Position numbers and translations under genes: made by a program. Below, one piece after another: positions 1-12,876 of a stretch of DNA of 64,000 nt. Under the pieces are notes generated by a model. The model worked only from the letters and a program-made list of their open reading frames with translations, was not told the DNA's origin and did not search any database. This stretch comes from Hormiphora californensis (lineage: Eukaryota; Animalia; Ctenophora): contig CM035360.1 of the NCBI GenBank assembly GCA_020137815.1, positions 62,001-126,000 of the forward strand, written 5' to 3'. Numbering within the stretch: the stretch's first letter is position 1; every line of letters begins with the position of its first letter.

Positions 1-2504
1 CGTCATCTGTCTTGCTCTTAGTGACGTCATAGGATTTGGTTGTGACGTCACACGATGTCAAGTCATCACGTGTTGAGTAGTAATCTGAACTGGAGGGAGA
101 TTTAGAACTGGGAGATCTCCCCTCAGTTTCCTCAGTTATAACGTCTAGTTTGTTGTTAGTTTGTTCAGTTGGTATCTGTATCACAGTGTCAGGTTTTGTT
201 GGTACAGTAGTAGTCGGTCTGAAATGGTTGGCAGTGTCAGTAGTAACTTACAATGTGCAGTCAAACATTTATTAGTAAATCAAACAATCCTTGGTCTTTA
301 TCCGCAGCTTCATTTGGAATACTTAGTTTTGTACTCAGCCCAAAATTCAAACGAGCGACAAGGGTTCGGGTATAATAGACACCTTTGACCGGTTCAAACT
401 GACGTATTATACTTTATCACGGGGGGAGGGGGTGAGGGTGGCGGTACTTACTGGTTGTTAGGGTTGTTAGGGTGGCGGTACTTACTGATTGTTAGGGTGG
501 CAGTACTTACTGGTTGTTAGGATTATGTATAGTTCCGACGGAGTGTCGTTGAGATGCAGACTTGACACCTGACCTTGCTTCTGTAACACTTTTCCTGGGA
601 GGTCGATGGGAGAGTGTTACTTTTACTGAGGGGGGAGGGGGGTGTAATACAGTATTTGTATGAGAGAGGTTTATTGTTACTATGCGAGAGATTAGTATTA
701 TGATATGAAGCCGACACTATTGGAGGTAGGTGTGGCAGTAAATAGGCGACTGTTATACATACAGCTACTATATGTGTGCATTTAGACATCCTAATTGAGT
801 AAAGATAGGAGAGAGAATGTTACCCAAAGTTACTAAAAAGATTTTGGGAGTGGATGAAGTCTATATCTTACCACACCCCTCAACAACTTGGTGAATACAT
901 TACTGATTACGAAGAGACGTCTAAAGATAGCTTTTAGTATCACCCTATCAACTACAAACCTATCAACTACAAGTTACAACAAACCTAGAGATGGGTGTCG
1001 AGGGAGGGGTGTTACAACAAACCTTGAGATGGGTGTAGAGGGAGGGGTGTTACAACAAACCTTGAGATGGGTGTAGAGGGAGGGGTGTTACAACAAACCT
1101 TGAGATGGGTGTAGAGGGAGGGGTGTTACAACAAACCTTGAGATGGGTGTAGAGGGAGGGGTGTCCTTGACAGACAGATTCACAATCTGTTCTATGGTCC
1201 GGCTCTCCTGTTCATCTCCAATACTGGTGCCAACCCCACTAGTACTCTCTGTCATCTCCCCACTTAGAGAGGTCTGGAGGGGGAGGAGGGATAAAGATTA
1301 AAGAGGTCTGGAGGGGAGGAGGGTTAGGGGGAGAGAACTGGGGGGGGGGGACTGTGTGTTAGGGGAGGGGGTGTTCATCTCCAATACTGGTGCCAACCCC
1401 ACTAGTACTTTCAGTCATCTCCCCACTAAGAGAGGTCTGGAGGGGGAGGAGGGATAAAGATTAAAGGGGTCTGGAGGGGAGGAGGGTTAGGGGGAGAGAA
1501 CTGGGGGGGGACTGTGTGTTAGGGGAGGGGGTGTTCATCTCCAATACTGGTGCCAACCCCACTAGTACTCTCTGTCATCTCCCCACTTAGAGAGGTCTGG
1601 AGGAGGAGGAGGGATAAAGATTAAAGAGGTCTGGAGGGGAGGAGGGTTAGGGGGAGAGAACTGGGGGGGACTGTGTGTTAGGGGAGGGGGTGTTCATCTC
1701 CAATACTGGTGCCAACCCCACTAGTACTCTCTGTCATCTCCCCACTTAGAGAGGTCTGGAGGGGGAGGAGGGATAAAGATTAAAGAGGTCTGGAGGGGAG
1801 GAGGGTTAGGGGGAGAGAACTGGGGGGGACTGTGTGTTAGGGGAGGGAGGGGTCTGGAGGGGAGGAGGAGGAGGGGGTGTTAGGTAGGGATATAGGGTGT
1901 GTTAGGGGAGGGATGGGGAATGGGGAGGGGTCTGGAGGGGAGGAGGAGGGCAGTTTATCTTCTTACATTAGATTGCTTTGTAACAATTATCTGCTCTTTC
2001 TCCCTCATCAGGAGGTGGTACACTGCGGATATCCAATCCAATCTGTTATCATCCACAGCCTTCCTAATGTCGCTTTGGTTTACCTTCAATAGCCGTGATA
2101 TCTGCTGTATCACCTGGGGGAAACACCATGGTGTTAGGAGGTGAGTGGGGGGGGGGACACCTGGGTGTTAGGAGGTGTTAGTAAACACCATGGTGTTAGG
2201 AGTCGTGTTTCAAAATATCGTATTTCCTTGTAATTTTGTCAATCGCCGGAAACAGATGACACGAAATGGGATTTAGTTGTCAAATTTCTCAAGATAGGCT
2301 TTACTGCCAAATTTTACATGTAGCCTCTTCCTTCCTCCCCTCTCTCACTCTCTCGCCTAGCTAGTACTAGGTCACAGTCTCTTTCTATCTCTCTCTAACC
2401 CTCTCTCTCTTTGTCTCCATCATATTTTTCTATCATGCACCTGCCACATATTTTATCTGTATATCATGCTTGTGAAATCATCTTCGGATTGAGAGAGAGA
2501 GGGG

Positions 2505-2581
<77 letters not shown>

Positions 2582-4009
2582 GGAGAGGGGGAGAGAGAGC
2601 GAAAAAAGAGGGAGTCATGTAGAGAGTTTAAATTATACGGCCTTGGATTCAAACTCGCGTGTCAAAAAAAGAAGCTAGAATCTAATTATGCAACAAATAT
2701 AAAAGAGGGGTGTAAGATGGCAAGGGAGGCTAAGAGGGCCCGGGGGAGGTAAGAGGGGGGGGGGTGTGCGGACTCTAGTGCTAAAATCACCAAAAGCGAA
2801 CTCGAGATTTCGGCCGTTAGGCCGGAAACGAGAGTTTGCTGTACCTCTATACTCATTTAGAAGTGTTAGGGCCGTTATTTGGGTTCGAGGTTAGGGGTTA
2901 GGGTAAAGGTTAGGGTTAGATATAGAGTCCTCCTTGGGTTTAGATATAGAGTCCGTTAGCACTAGAGTCCGCCCACCAGAGGGGGGAGGTTTATTATACC
3001 CGTCCCTTGTTTTGTTCAAACCGGGGCGCGGGGAGGGTAAGAGGGGGGAGGTTTATTATACCCGTCCCCTACCCCAGGAGTATATTCTCAGGATTTAACA
3101 AGTCAATCACCTGGTTTTCAAGCTTCTCATTGGATTTAGGTTGAATGTAGGGGTAGAGAGGCCAGGTGCCCTTATTAGTAACCCAGGGGTGTTGCATCAC
3201 AGCTGTTAACTTCAACCTTTGTTGGGATCTGGTTGTAGCATTCCCTTTATCAAACTCATACACGCTGTGGGAGAGAAACGTACACATATTAGAAATAGGA
3301 ATCATACTGTGTACTATAACACACAGTGTGTAGGTACTATGTGGCGTTAGAAACATACATATTAGAAATATGGATTGAGTAGGTGTTACTCTTCTAATTT
3401 AGCTGATCAGAACTATGAAATACCAGTAAGAGGGTAATCACTCAACTTCAAATGTTAATTATCTCAGCTAGATAATTAACAATCGACAGGTAATTAATTA
3501 CAATTATCTGGACTTACAAGGGTGAAGATGAGCGGCATCATTTTCCTGGTGAGTCCCCAGACCCGCCGTTATCTGCTGTAACAGCTTGGCTCGAGGGTTG
3601 CTATGGTTACGGGAACTCCTAAAGGGAAGTTTACCCACCAAGCATAGCGTACATATTGACACCTAGACTCCACACATCAACCTGTCAGAGGAGGTGGTGT
3701 GATGAGTCAATATCAGGGGAAACTCTATGTACTGCCTACAGAGAGAATACAGAGAAAGAACCATCACTGTGGTCCATTATCAGTTAGAGTTTTACTGTTG
3801 ATGGGATCCCATTAATGGGATGCCATTCAGTTAGAGTTTCCCCTCAGGGGGGAGGGGAGGGAGGGGCTGATATAAATCATCAGGAAATGAGAGGGAACTG
3901 GAGCACTATACCTTAGCACCGTATTGTCGTCCTGCTACGAAGAGCTCTGGGGCAGCGTATTCCGGTGAACCACAATGTGTAGATAACAGTTCACCGGTAT
4001 ACCATGTTC
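1..4009 (-). CDS. HUNK: HUNK-like (AMPK-related) Ser/Thr kinase, C-terminal half (activation loop to tail), with apparent frameshifts
   Basis: Minus-strand exons 4009-3912 ([32 protein letters not shown]), 3681-3518 ([18 protein letters not shown]), 3266-3111 ([26 protein letters not shown]), 2113-1967 (UBA-like) and 1274-1138, with GT-AG boundaries. [13 protein letters not shown] is HUNK-like. One-base shifts at about 3640 and 3220. The 3' end of the gene is uncertain. Confidence 0.75.
968..1860 (-). repeat. Tandem duplications of both boundaries of a kinase exon (37-bp donor echoes, ~160-bp acceptor echoes)
   Basis: ACAACAAACCTTGAGATGGGTGTAGAGGGAGGGGTGT about 5 times; TGTTCATCTCCAATACTGGTGCC...AGAGGTCTGGAGG unit 4 times. 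Confidence 0.9.
2763..2977. mobile_element. MITE with ~21-bp TIR and internal TTAGGG-like repeats (short copy)
   Basis: GCGGACTCTAGTGCTA...TAGCACTAGAGTCCGCCCACC; flanking AGAGGGGGG on both sides; same family as 38314-38893. Confidence 0.85.
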
Positions 4010-6730
4010 TCTCTGTTTGGTATCGCATCCTTCATCCTCTGGTGAGTCACAAGGGAGCGCACACACTAAGACCGGGGGAAACTGTTCGATGGGGGAAGAC
4101 GGTTCAGGGGGACGTAGCCATTATTTAGCTCCTATGTCTCATGGGCACTGATCATTTTATGAGTGCGAACTGATCTAGTGGTAATTCATCTGCGATCCTT
4201 ACTACCTATATCTCTCACCAGCTATCCACTATCATATCCAGCGCTATACTTATTATCCTCCTGTCAGGTACACGAATGGTTTGCTGCACAACCTCGCTGC
4301 GTTTGTTATTGCCACTATTAAACTGCTTTTAGTTCTGGTCTGGTTCCCTCTTCTCTTTTACTGGGAGAATATTATGGCAACATTCATTGGGAGTTGTGTG
4401 GTTTGGGTCGCTAACGGAGTCACCATGATATTCTATGCAGGTTCAGTACAATTAATCAGCAGGTCTAATTATTAGTTAGCAATGGCGTTGAACCATGTCA
4501 ATATCAATTATACCTTGGCCACATTGATGCCTGAGTGAGATCGATCTCACATCTAGGCCTCCGGTCCGTTATTGATTTTAGAGCAAACTTTTTCAAAGAC
4601 CTGGCTGCAAGGAACTACTGAACCGATTTGCATCTCGTTTGTTGCTCCTGGCAGATAATTGTCTCTAGTTTTACGGAAAATACCCGCGAGTATCAGCATT
4701 TGAGGAATAGTGGGTCAAAATTGACGCTAAACATGAGCAATTCTTTAAAGACCTGGCTGCAAGCTCCTACTCAGTCCTGGGACAATCTGCGGGTACTGGG
4801 GGAATCGTCATGGCCTTATGAAACCCGATAGTTTTTTTTTAACAAGATAAACAACGATATAATGGTACTAAATCAAATAAATTGACAGAAGCTTTCGAGA
4901 TCACTGTGTATCACGTCTTCAGCTAACCCGATAGTTGATTTATCAGTCGTTTGAAGATTTTGCGCGCTCATGATAACTGCTAGCTGGGGGATTTAACACC
5001 CTGCTCGCTATTTATCAGACCAGTGCCCTTTTTCACGCGTTTCTCTTCATTTGAATAACATGCGTGTAAAATTCTAAGTATTGAAAATGTGTGTAAACAC
5101 ACAGTTCTGTCAACAAAAGAAAGGGGAAACATGTCTGCAACACGTTTCAATGTTATCTCTCTCATAAGGAGTGAAAAGAATCACATTCCATTCATTTCTC
5201 TCTCTCATTGTCTCTTTTACTGTTCACTACCTCTGACAGTGTGTATTGCCCCTAATCTTTCTCTCTCTTTCTCAAACATGTTAGGAACAGTAGACACTAA
5301 GTCTACACACATTTTCAGGGTGTCTGTTAACTATTTGCCAGCAGTCCTAGTGTGTTTCACCTTGTGTTGTGTCTCTTATTTGTGTGTAATTACTATCGGG
5401 TTTCATAAAATATGAACGTTTGTTAGCCTATCGCGTTATAGGTTTAAATCACCTCCCCCTCACCCTCGGCTGGCGCCTCGGGATCGGCGTCGGGATTTAA
5501 ACCAGTTTAATCGCCCTGCCGGGCGATTAAACTCCAGTTGGCTGTCCCCAGCTCGCGCTGGGAACAGCCAACTTCATAACGCGCCAGTCTACAAACGTTC
5601 ATACTTCATATGAAACCCGATAGCTGATTTAACAGTCGTTTGAACATTTTGCGCGCTCATGATAACTGCTAGCTGGGGGATTTAACACCCTGCTCGCGTC
5701 TTAACAGTCCCGCTCTCTTTTTCACGCATTTCTCTTCATTTGAATAACATGCGTGTAAAATTCAGAGTAATTAAAATTTGTGTAAACACACAGTTCTGTC
5801 AATAACAGAGAGCGGAACACATCTGCAACACTTTTCAAAGTTATCTCTCTCATAAAAAGTCAAAAGAATCACATTCCTATCTCTTCTCTCTCTCTCATTC
5901 TCTCTTTTACTGTTCAATATCTCTCACTGTGTGTATTAGCCCCAATCTTGCTCTCTCATACTCAAATATGTTAGGAACAGTTGCAACCAGGTGCCAGTTA
6001 GTCTACACACAGTTTGGGGACTGTCTGTTGACTATTTGCCAGTACTCCTTGTGTGTTTTACCTTGTGTTGTGTCTCTTGTTAGTGTGAAATTGCTATCGG
6101 GTTTCATAAACTATGAACGTTTGTTAGCTTGTCACGTTATAGGTTTAAATCGCCTCCCCCTCACCCTCGGCTGCGCCTCGGGTTCGGGGTCGTGATTTAA
6201 ACCAGTTTAATCGCCCTGCCGGGCGATTAAACTCCAGTTGGCTATCGCCAGCTCGCGCTGGCGACAGCCAACTTGATAACGCGTCAAGCTACAAACGTTC
6301 ATAGTTCATGTGAGTATGGGAAAATACCCGCCGATTCATCACGATGCGAAATGAGGCCATAATTGACCTTTGAGTAGTGCTAGGTCAGCTGAAAAGGTCT
6401 CCAAAAACGGTCTATCACGCGTGATCTGCTGAAAACGTGCTTTATATCGCGCGCACGTGAGTTCTTGCTCTCAACGGGCCGGGATCCTATTATTCGCGGA
6501 GCGAGAATAGGATGCGATGGATCCAAAATTATACCTAGATTATAGATTATAAAATTGGAAAGCTATGTCCTAGAACGACGTTGATCCTCATTCATCAGCT
6601 TGTTTCCCTCTCAGGAATGTTTCATCCTAGTGGTATGCTACTGATCCCGGAGCAGATTTGGGTTTCCTACCTCTGTGTGTGGATGTATTTCCTTTGGAAC
6701 GACACCTCTAACAGCGACCTGCCGACCTGA
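4004..6730 (+). CDS. TspO/MBR (translocator protein)-like membrane protein, N-terminally truncated
   Basis: Exons 4004-4041, 4268-4440 and 6615-6730 splice in phase to [46 protein letters not shown]...GMLLIPEQIWVSYLCVWMYFLWND*, which resembles TSPO helices 2-5. Confidence 0.7.
4925..6310. repeat. Diverged ~690-bp tandem duplication containing a multi-hairpin inverted-repeat element
   Basis: AACCCGATAG at 4925 and 5614; each unit has ATGAACGTTTGT...ACAAACGTTCAT arms enclosing short GC-rich hairpins. Confidence 0.8.
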
Positions 6731-7073
6731 TCTCAATATGTGGAGATATGATCTGTTTCGTTCTGTTTCAAGAATGCACAGCCCCGGGGAATTGGTGATG
6801 AGACAATATCAGGAGTGTGATACAATGACATGCTGAAATTCAGAAGCCAACTTTGAAAGTGAAAGTTTCGCGTTTCAGTTTCACTGCACTGAAACTGAAA
6901 CGCGAATCGATCATTTGTACGGTTGAATTTGAACTTAATTCGCGATTAAGCTTAATTTATGTTAAAATACATGTTCTATGGAAAGATATGCATTTATTGT
7001 AGAATTCCAATTGTTAAATTGTTCATGTTTTTAAACCCTATAAATAATAAATGAACACAGAGGCTAGTAGCCT

Positions 7074-7462
7074 GGCTACAACAAAACGATGCATGCTGTC
7101 GTACCGTACCATTGTTGCCATGGTGACCATTGTTTGTTTGATTTAGTACCATTATATCGTTGTCTATCAATTGTTAACATTGTTGCCATGGTGACGAAAG
7201 GCCCTTTTTCGGATGATAATGAGGTGATGATACCGCGGTGCGACAACACATCTAATTTAGGGTCGTACTGTTACACAATAGTACTGCTATGGCTTCGTTT
7301 AAAGATCCTGTCATTGGTTAAAACCGTATGGGAATGTGTTTAAACTATGGTGTGCTGTCGCACCGGGCCGCGGTGATTATCATCACCTCATTATCCTGTA
7401 AACCCCCTTTCGTCACCATGGCAACAATGGTACGGTGCAACAGCACATTGTTTTGTTGTAGC
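7074..7462. mobile_element. Foldback/MITE-like element
   Basis: GGCTACAACAAAAC...GTACCATTGTTGCCATGGTGAC is inverted against GTCACCATGGCAACAATGGTAC...GTTTTGTTGTAGCC. Confidence 0.75.
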
Positions 7463-8240
7463 CTCTATAATAAAAAACACCGCCCAATACAGATGTACTT
7501 TCGCGCGCGGATTTTTAGGTGCACGATCCGACCGTCAGTAACGCGCAAAGTCGTGTCCAATACTACGCGCAACTACGCACCGCGCGCGAAAGTATAATTT
7601 TTTGCGCATCATTCACTCATATCAACTAAAGTCCATTTTTATTCAACTGTTCACCCCTCAACTCGTGCGCGTGCGATATTTTAATTTACGCTGCGCGCGC
7701 TACACGTTAACATGTGATAAACGCGCAAAACAATTCCGCGCACGACTTTGGGGGGTGAACAGTTGAAAAAAAATGGACATTAAACTCATTTAAATTTTCA
7801 AGACTGACTTTTTTTTGTTACTTTCCTAAGTCCTAACCCTCGCTTCGCACCGGGCCGGAGGCCCGGTGCGGCTCCGCGAGCCGGCGAGCGGAATCTGACA
7901 ACGCGTAATCTGACAAACTTTTTTACAGTTTATTAATTATTAATTTAAAACAGAAATCCCCAATCCGACAATTATCGGGTTCCAGTTTCCACGATGGAAA
8001 CGAGTGTACTCTAGGCACTTCGGTGTTGTACCACGTTGTTGTTTCTCTGATTTGTGGTTGCTGGGTGCGATTATAATCTGGGTGCATTGCAGCCTGTTTA
8101 CAGGTGCACGCAGGTAAAAATAGTCCACTTAACCGATCATACCCCTAAACCTTAACGGTTAGGACCTAACCTGACCAGACCCTAGCGGGCAGCCCTAACC
8201 CGTCTCGACCGCAAACATCGATGAATTGTTAGCAATGGTA

Positions 8241-8659
8241 ACTGAAGTTGATACATCGCGCATTGAGATCTCAACTTCGTGACACACACTGAAGCTCGAA
8301 GTTTTGCTGAAATATGGAATCAACCATCTTTGAATGAGAAATCATTTGCAAGGGGCTAATGTCTTTACTAGTATATCTTTCGAGGTTTCCTTTATCCATA
8401 ATGAGTGAATTTCAATGTTTTTTGGCATTTTTGGTGGATTGGGATCGGATTGATTGATTAGCCAGATCTGCGAAAAACGCCAAAAACGGTGAAAGTGTAA
8501 AAAACACCTCGAGATAAGCACCAGTAAAAAATTAGCCTCTTGCGAAGTTACAAATTACTTCTCAGTCAAAGATTGTTGGTTCCATGTTTCCGAGCTATAC
8601 TTCAAACAGTGTGTGTGTCACGAGGTTGAGATCTCAACCTGCGATATATCAACTTCAGT
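8241..8659. mobile_element. Foldback/MITE-like element
   Basis: ACTGAAGTTGATA...TTGAGATCTCAAC.TCGTGACACACAC arm is inverted at 8608-8659. Confidence 0.7.
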
Positions 8660-9350
8660 GTGTCTCCTCCCTATACCAACACCCACCCCCAAATAGGCAA
8701 ATTAAAAAACAATGACTTATTGGCTAAAACACTTCTCTATAGAAAATGCACTGGAATTATAGGCGGCTAAATCTTCCTCACAAAAACTTTCTTTGCGCGG
8801 TTTGAGCAATACAATTTGTCACGTGACTTCGCCCCCGACTTCCTACCCCCTGTTATAGCCCAAGACGCTTGCTAATGGAGTGTGGATAATTTTATATTGG
8901 CACTTCCATTTTTGTCGGTCGTTTGAGAAATACAGCGTGATTTGAGCAGGAATACTTGACTAAACTACATCACTTATTACAGTCCCTTTTTGATTAGTGC
9001 ACCCCCAACGTTACCTTCTTATGTTTGACTGTTTGCCATTCATAAGTAAGTTTAGAAACTTTCTCCCTCCCAATTTGCTGCACGCGTCATGCTATGTATT
9101 TGTGCAGCGTCTGAGTTCACATTGTGTATGCCTTAACACCTTCTCTCGTCACACTTGGTCCAGCTAAAACATTCCTTAACATTCTCTCCCTAGTCGCCAT
9201 TATAGCAGTTTACTATAACACTTTACCTTTACTGTAGATGTCTAACACCTCCCTACCACCGTCCACCGGCATATTCCGTATAACAAACATTATGTACAGT
9301 GCGAGCTATTAGACGATCATCAACGGCCGTCAGTTGCTTGTTAGCAATCT

Positions 9351-9406
<56 letters not shown>

Positions 9407-9785
9407 TTACCTTTTGTGGTCCAGTAATGACTGCAATCATTAGCTCGGTAGTTTACTTCAAATTATCACACATAGTAACTGCGTAGTCAAATGTTACTCC
9501 AAATAATAATGGCCTGACACTGAACAATTCAATTCCAATCAGTATAACGATTCATACAATGACTATACATGATGCAGTCATGTCATGTCTTTAGACGCTG
9601 CATCATGTATAGTTAAACACTTGTTATCTTAAATTAAACTGTCTAGAACATTACCGATCATAGCTGTCACTGTCATTGTGTTTTAGCACTGAATACATCG
9701 CAACTGCAATACCAAGTTACAAACCCATGTTCCCCCACTCCTTGATACCCCATGTACCCTACGAACACTAATCTCCTGTTGTACT

Positions 9786-10122
9786 CTACTAACTCCCTAC
9801 TAACCCCCTACCAATCCCCTACCAATCCCCTACTAACCTCCTACTAACCCCTACTAACCCCAGCTATAATAGGTAACCCCTTAGTAACCCCAGCTATAGG
9901 TAACCCCCTACTAACCCCCTACCAATCCCCTACCAATCCCCTACTAACCTCCTACTAACCCCCTACTAGCCCCAGCTATAATAGGTAACCCCCTAGTAAC
10001 CCCAGCTATAGGTAACCCCCTACTAACTCCCTACTAACCCCCTACCAATCCCCTACTAAGCCCCTACTAACCTCCTACTAACCCCCTACTAGCCCCCTGC
10101 TTACCCCTATAATAACTAACCC
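9786..10122. repeat. CCCCTACTAA-type minisatellite
   Basis: Degenerate 11-12 bp units with higher-order duplication. Confidence 0.85.
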
Positions 10123-10222
10123 CCTGTGTTCCCTATTTAGCAAGGTCTGGGAGGTACACATACAGATGTGGAGGTCATGTCATTAGCAATAGTGTTAGGG
10201 TGAACCAGGTCGGGGCGAGATC

Positions 10223-10357
10223 ATGTCGCGAGATTATAGGCATGAGGGATCCAAGTCTGTCAAGTGTATTGGACGCTATGTTCTGTGCAGCAAGACTTTG
10301 GGAAAAGGAAACTTCGCTAGAGTCGAACTGGCTACCCACTCCCTGATCAGTAACAAG
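10223..10357 (+). CDS. First coding exon of a HUNK/AMPK-related kinase (Gly-rich loop)
   Basis: MSRDYRHEGSKSVKCIGRYVLCSKTLGKGNFARVELATHSLISNK followed by a GTCAGT donor; GxGxFA loop; not listed in the ORF track. Confidence 0.85.
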
Positions 10358-10525
10358 GTCAGTACTTGATGGAGACCTTATACAACTATGGCTCATGCAA
10401 CTATGGCTCATGGAATTTATGAACCATAGATGCATGAGCCATAGTTGCATGACCCATAGTTGTAGGTAATCGTACTTGATTCTTTACCAATTATCGGTGG
10501 GTTGGTATTTCTAAATGTAAAATGA

Positions 10526-10844
10526 GGGGGGGGTTCAACCCTAAAAATTTCCATTGATACCCACTTTTTTGGCAAATGGAAATTTTATATTGGAAATTTT
10601 TAGAAATTTTTAGAAATTTTTGGAAATTTTTGGAAATTTTTAGAATTTTTTGGAAATTTTGTTTTTGTTTTTACCCCTTTTGGCCCTGGTTTTTGGTTTT
10701 TGTTGGTTTTTTGGTTTTTGTTTTTTAAATTTTTGGTTTTTTTTTTTGGTTTTTCGGTAAACCCCCCTTTCCCAAACTCTGACGGTTCTTGCTTTTTCGC
10801 ATAAGTAGTTTTTCCCCCCCATCCAAAATTCCCCCGATCTGCTT
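10526..10844. mobile_element. Poly-G-ended element with 10-bp subterminal repeats, truncated by the gap
   Basis: GGGGGGGGTTCAACCCTAAAAA followed by (GGAAATTTTT/AGAAATTTTT)n. Confidence 0.55.
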
Positions 10845-10944
10845 NNNNNNNNNNNNNNNNNNNNNNNNNNNNNNNNNNNNNNNNNNNNNNNNNNNNNNNN
10901 NNNNNNNNNNNNNNNNNNNNNNNNNNNNNNNNNNNNNNNNNNNN
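10845..10944. other. Scaffold gap (100 N placeholder)
   Basis: Run of exactly 100 N. Confidence 0.99.
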
Positions 10945-11466
10945 ATGAGAGAGAGGCGAGATAGTTAAATTGAGCTGTAATGAGATCCACTCAGTTATAC
11001 AAACACCCCAGGGATACTACATGTGTTATTATATGCTGCCCAAATGTGTTATTATATGCTGCCCAAATCTTTTCTTTCTCGACCCTCTCACACCGGATCT
11101 CGATATACAGAAATATAATATATAGAATATATATATATATAGAATATCTCTAATATCAATTATGTTCTCACACTTCAAAATAATAATAATGAAGTTGATA
11201 TTGGTTTCCATTTATCTGTCTGTTGGATGATTGTGTGTTATTTACAGTGCCGAAACAGCACACACATATATTGCAATAACATCTCCCTGTATGTTGTCAT
11301 GAGACAGAGATAGGAGAGATAGAGAGATAGTGAGACTGAGAGATAGTGAGACTGAGAGATAGTGAGAGTGAGTGAGAGAGTGGTTGAACAATAAGAGGAA
11401 GGAAAGGATCCAGCAATGTGGAGAGATATTTCCATCTTTCAAACACAATATGCATGATAATTGTAC

Positions 11467-12830
11467 CTGTTTTTGGGAGAATTAGCAGGAGTGTTATCCC
11501 CATGTTCCGAACATAACGTGTTCACTTTGTGCACTACCCAATCAAATAATCGCCCATACAGCGTCTTAGCCAGACCATCTCGTGTAGACTCACACTTTTG
11601 GAGCGAGAAGTGCTTCTGTATAGTCTCACCTGTAGATGGGGATAGAGGGGGTGTTTAGTAGGGGAGAAGGAGGTTTTAGAGCGTGGTTTTAATTGCTAAT
11701 TAATAATTACGGCGCCTACCCAGTGTTGTTGCCATACCACTAAGTTACTTAGTGAAAACTGGATAGCTATAGAATCTACTGCAGACTTGGCTGGTTTTAG
11801 CATTTCTGGAAAACTAACTATATTAACTCTGGAGATGCAGCTGTTAGAACTCTGGCTGCTGCAGTTGGAAGGCTAGCCAAACAATTTTAGCATTTCAAAT
11901 TCTCTTCCAACTATTTACTACAGAATATCCCTCCATAGCAGGTGTGACAAATGAGGTCATCATGAGATGAGGGAGGGGTGTGGTGATAATATACACTTCT
12001 AATTTGTTTATCAACAGATCAGAATATATACCTGATCCCTGTGGGAACTAGCTGAACTGATTGAAGTACCGGGGACCGTGTGTCAGTCTGTGTGTGGGCC
12101 CACTGGGCAGTGCCACTGGACATGATCAGTATGTGTCGGTGCGTTCATGTGACTACAGTAACGTGTTGGCGGGTGTGTGTTTGGTATCAATTCTACAGTT
12201 GAGTAGTATAGCAGATAGCTACAGCACCAACCCTTCTGACCACGTTACCAACTACATACCCTAGTTGCCCACCATACCAACAACTTCCCATCTAGTTACT
12301 GGTTACTCTAGTTACCTACCCTAGTTACCATGTAACTTACCTCGTGTTATGGAGATTACAGATGTTAGGGCGGATGTTAGGACAGCTTCACTAACATTCA
12401 ACAGCATACACACTGAAAATAAAGTCTTGTTAGTACAAATAACCAATAAAATACAACTTGGAGTCTTGTTAGTTATACTACAAATCACCAATAAAATACT
12501 GCGGAGACCTAATTTTCCAGATATTTTACAAGATACCCGGGTGTATCTATCTTTCCGCGGAATTCAGTCAAAATCATATTAAATTTTCTACACCACATGT
12601 CCCACACAAGTAGTGGACAATGTATGTATTGTCCATCTGTAATGCATGGACAAAGAACCCCCCTTTCTTTCTCTTTTTATCTTTCTCACTCTCCTTCTAT
12701 ATATCTCTCTCCCTCCCTCTCTCTTTATTATGTACGCATGTCACTAGAAACAATGGAATAGATATCTTTAGATTGTATCTCGGAGCCATGATATCGGTGT
12801 AAAGCTGAAAAAGATAGGGAGAGAGAGAGG

Positions 12831-12876
<46 letters not shown>

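Noticed and set aside
11160-11288. Next myosin exon before the gap
   Set aside because: The in-phase translation lacks the expected IGxLDIFGFE motif and stops early
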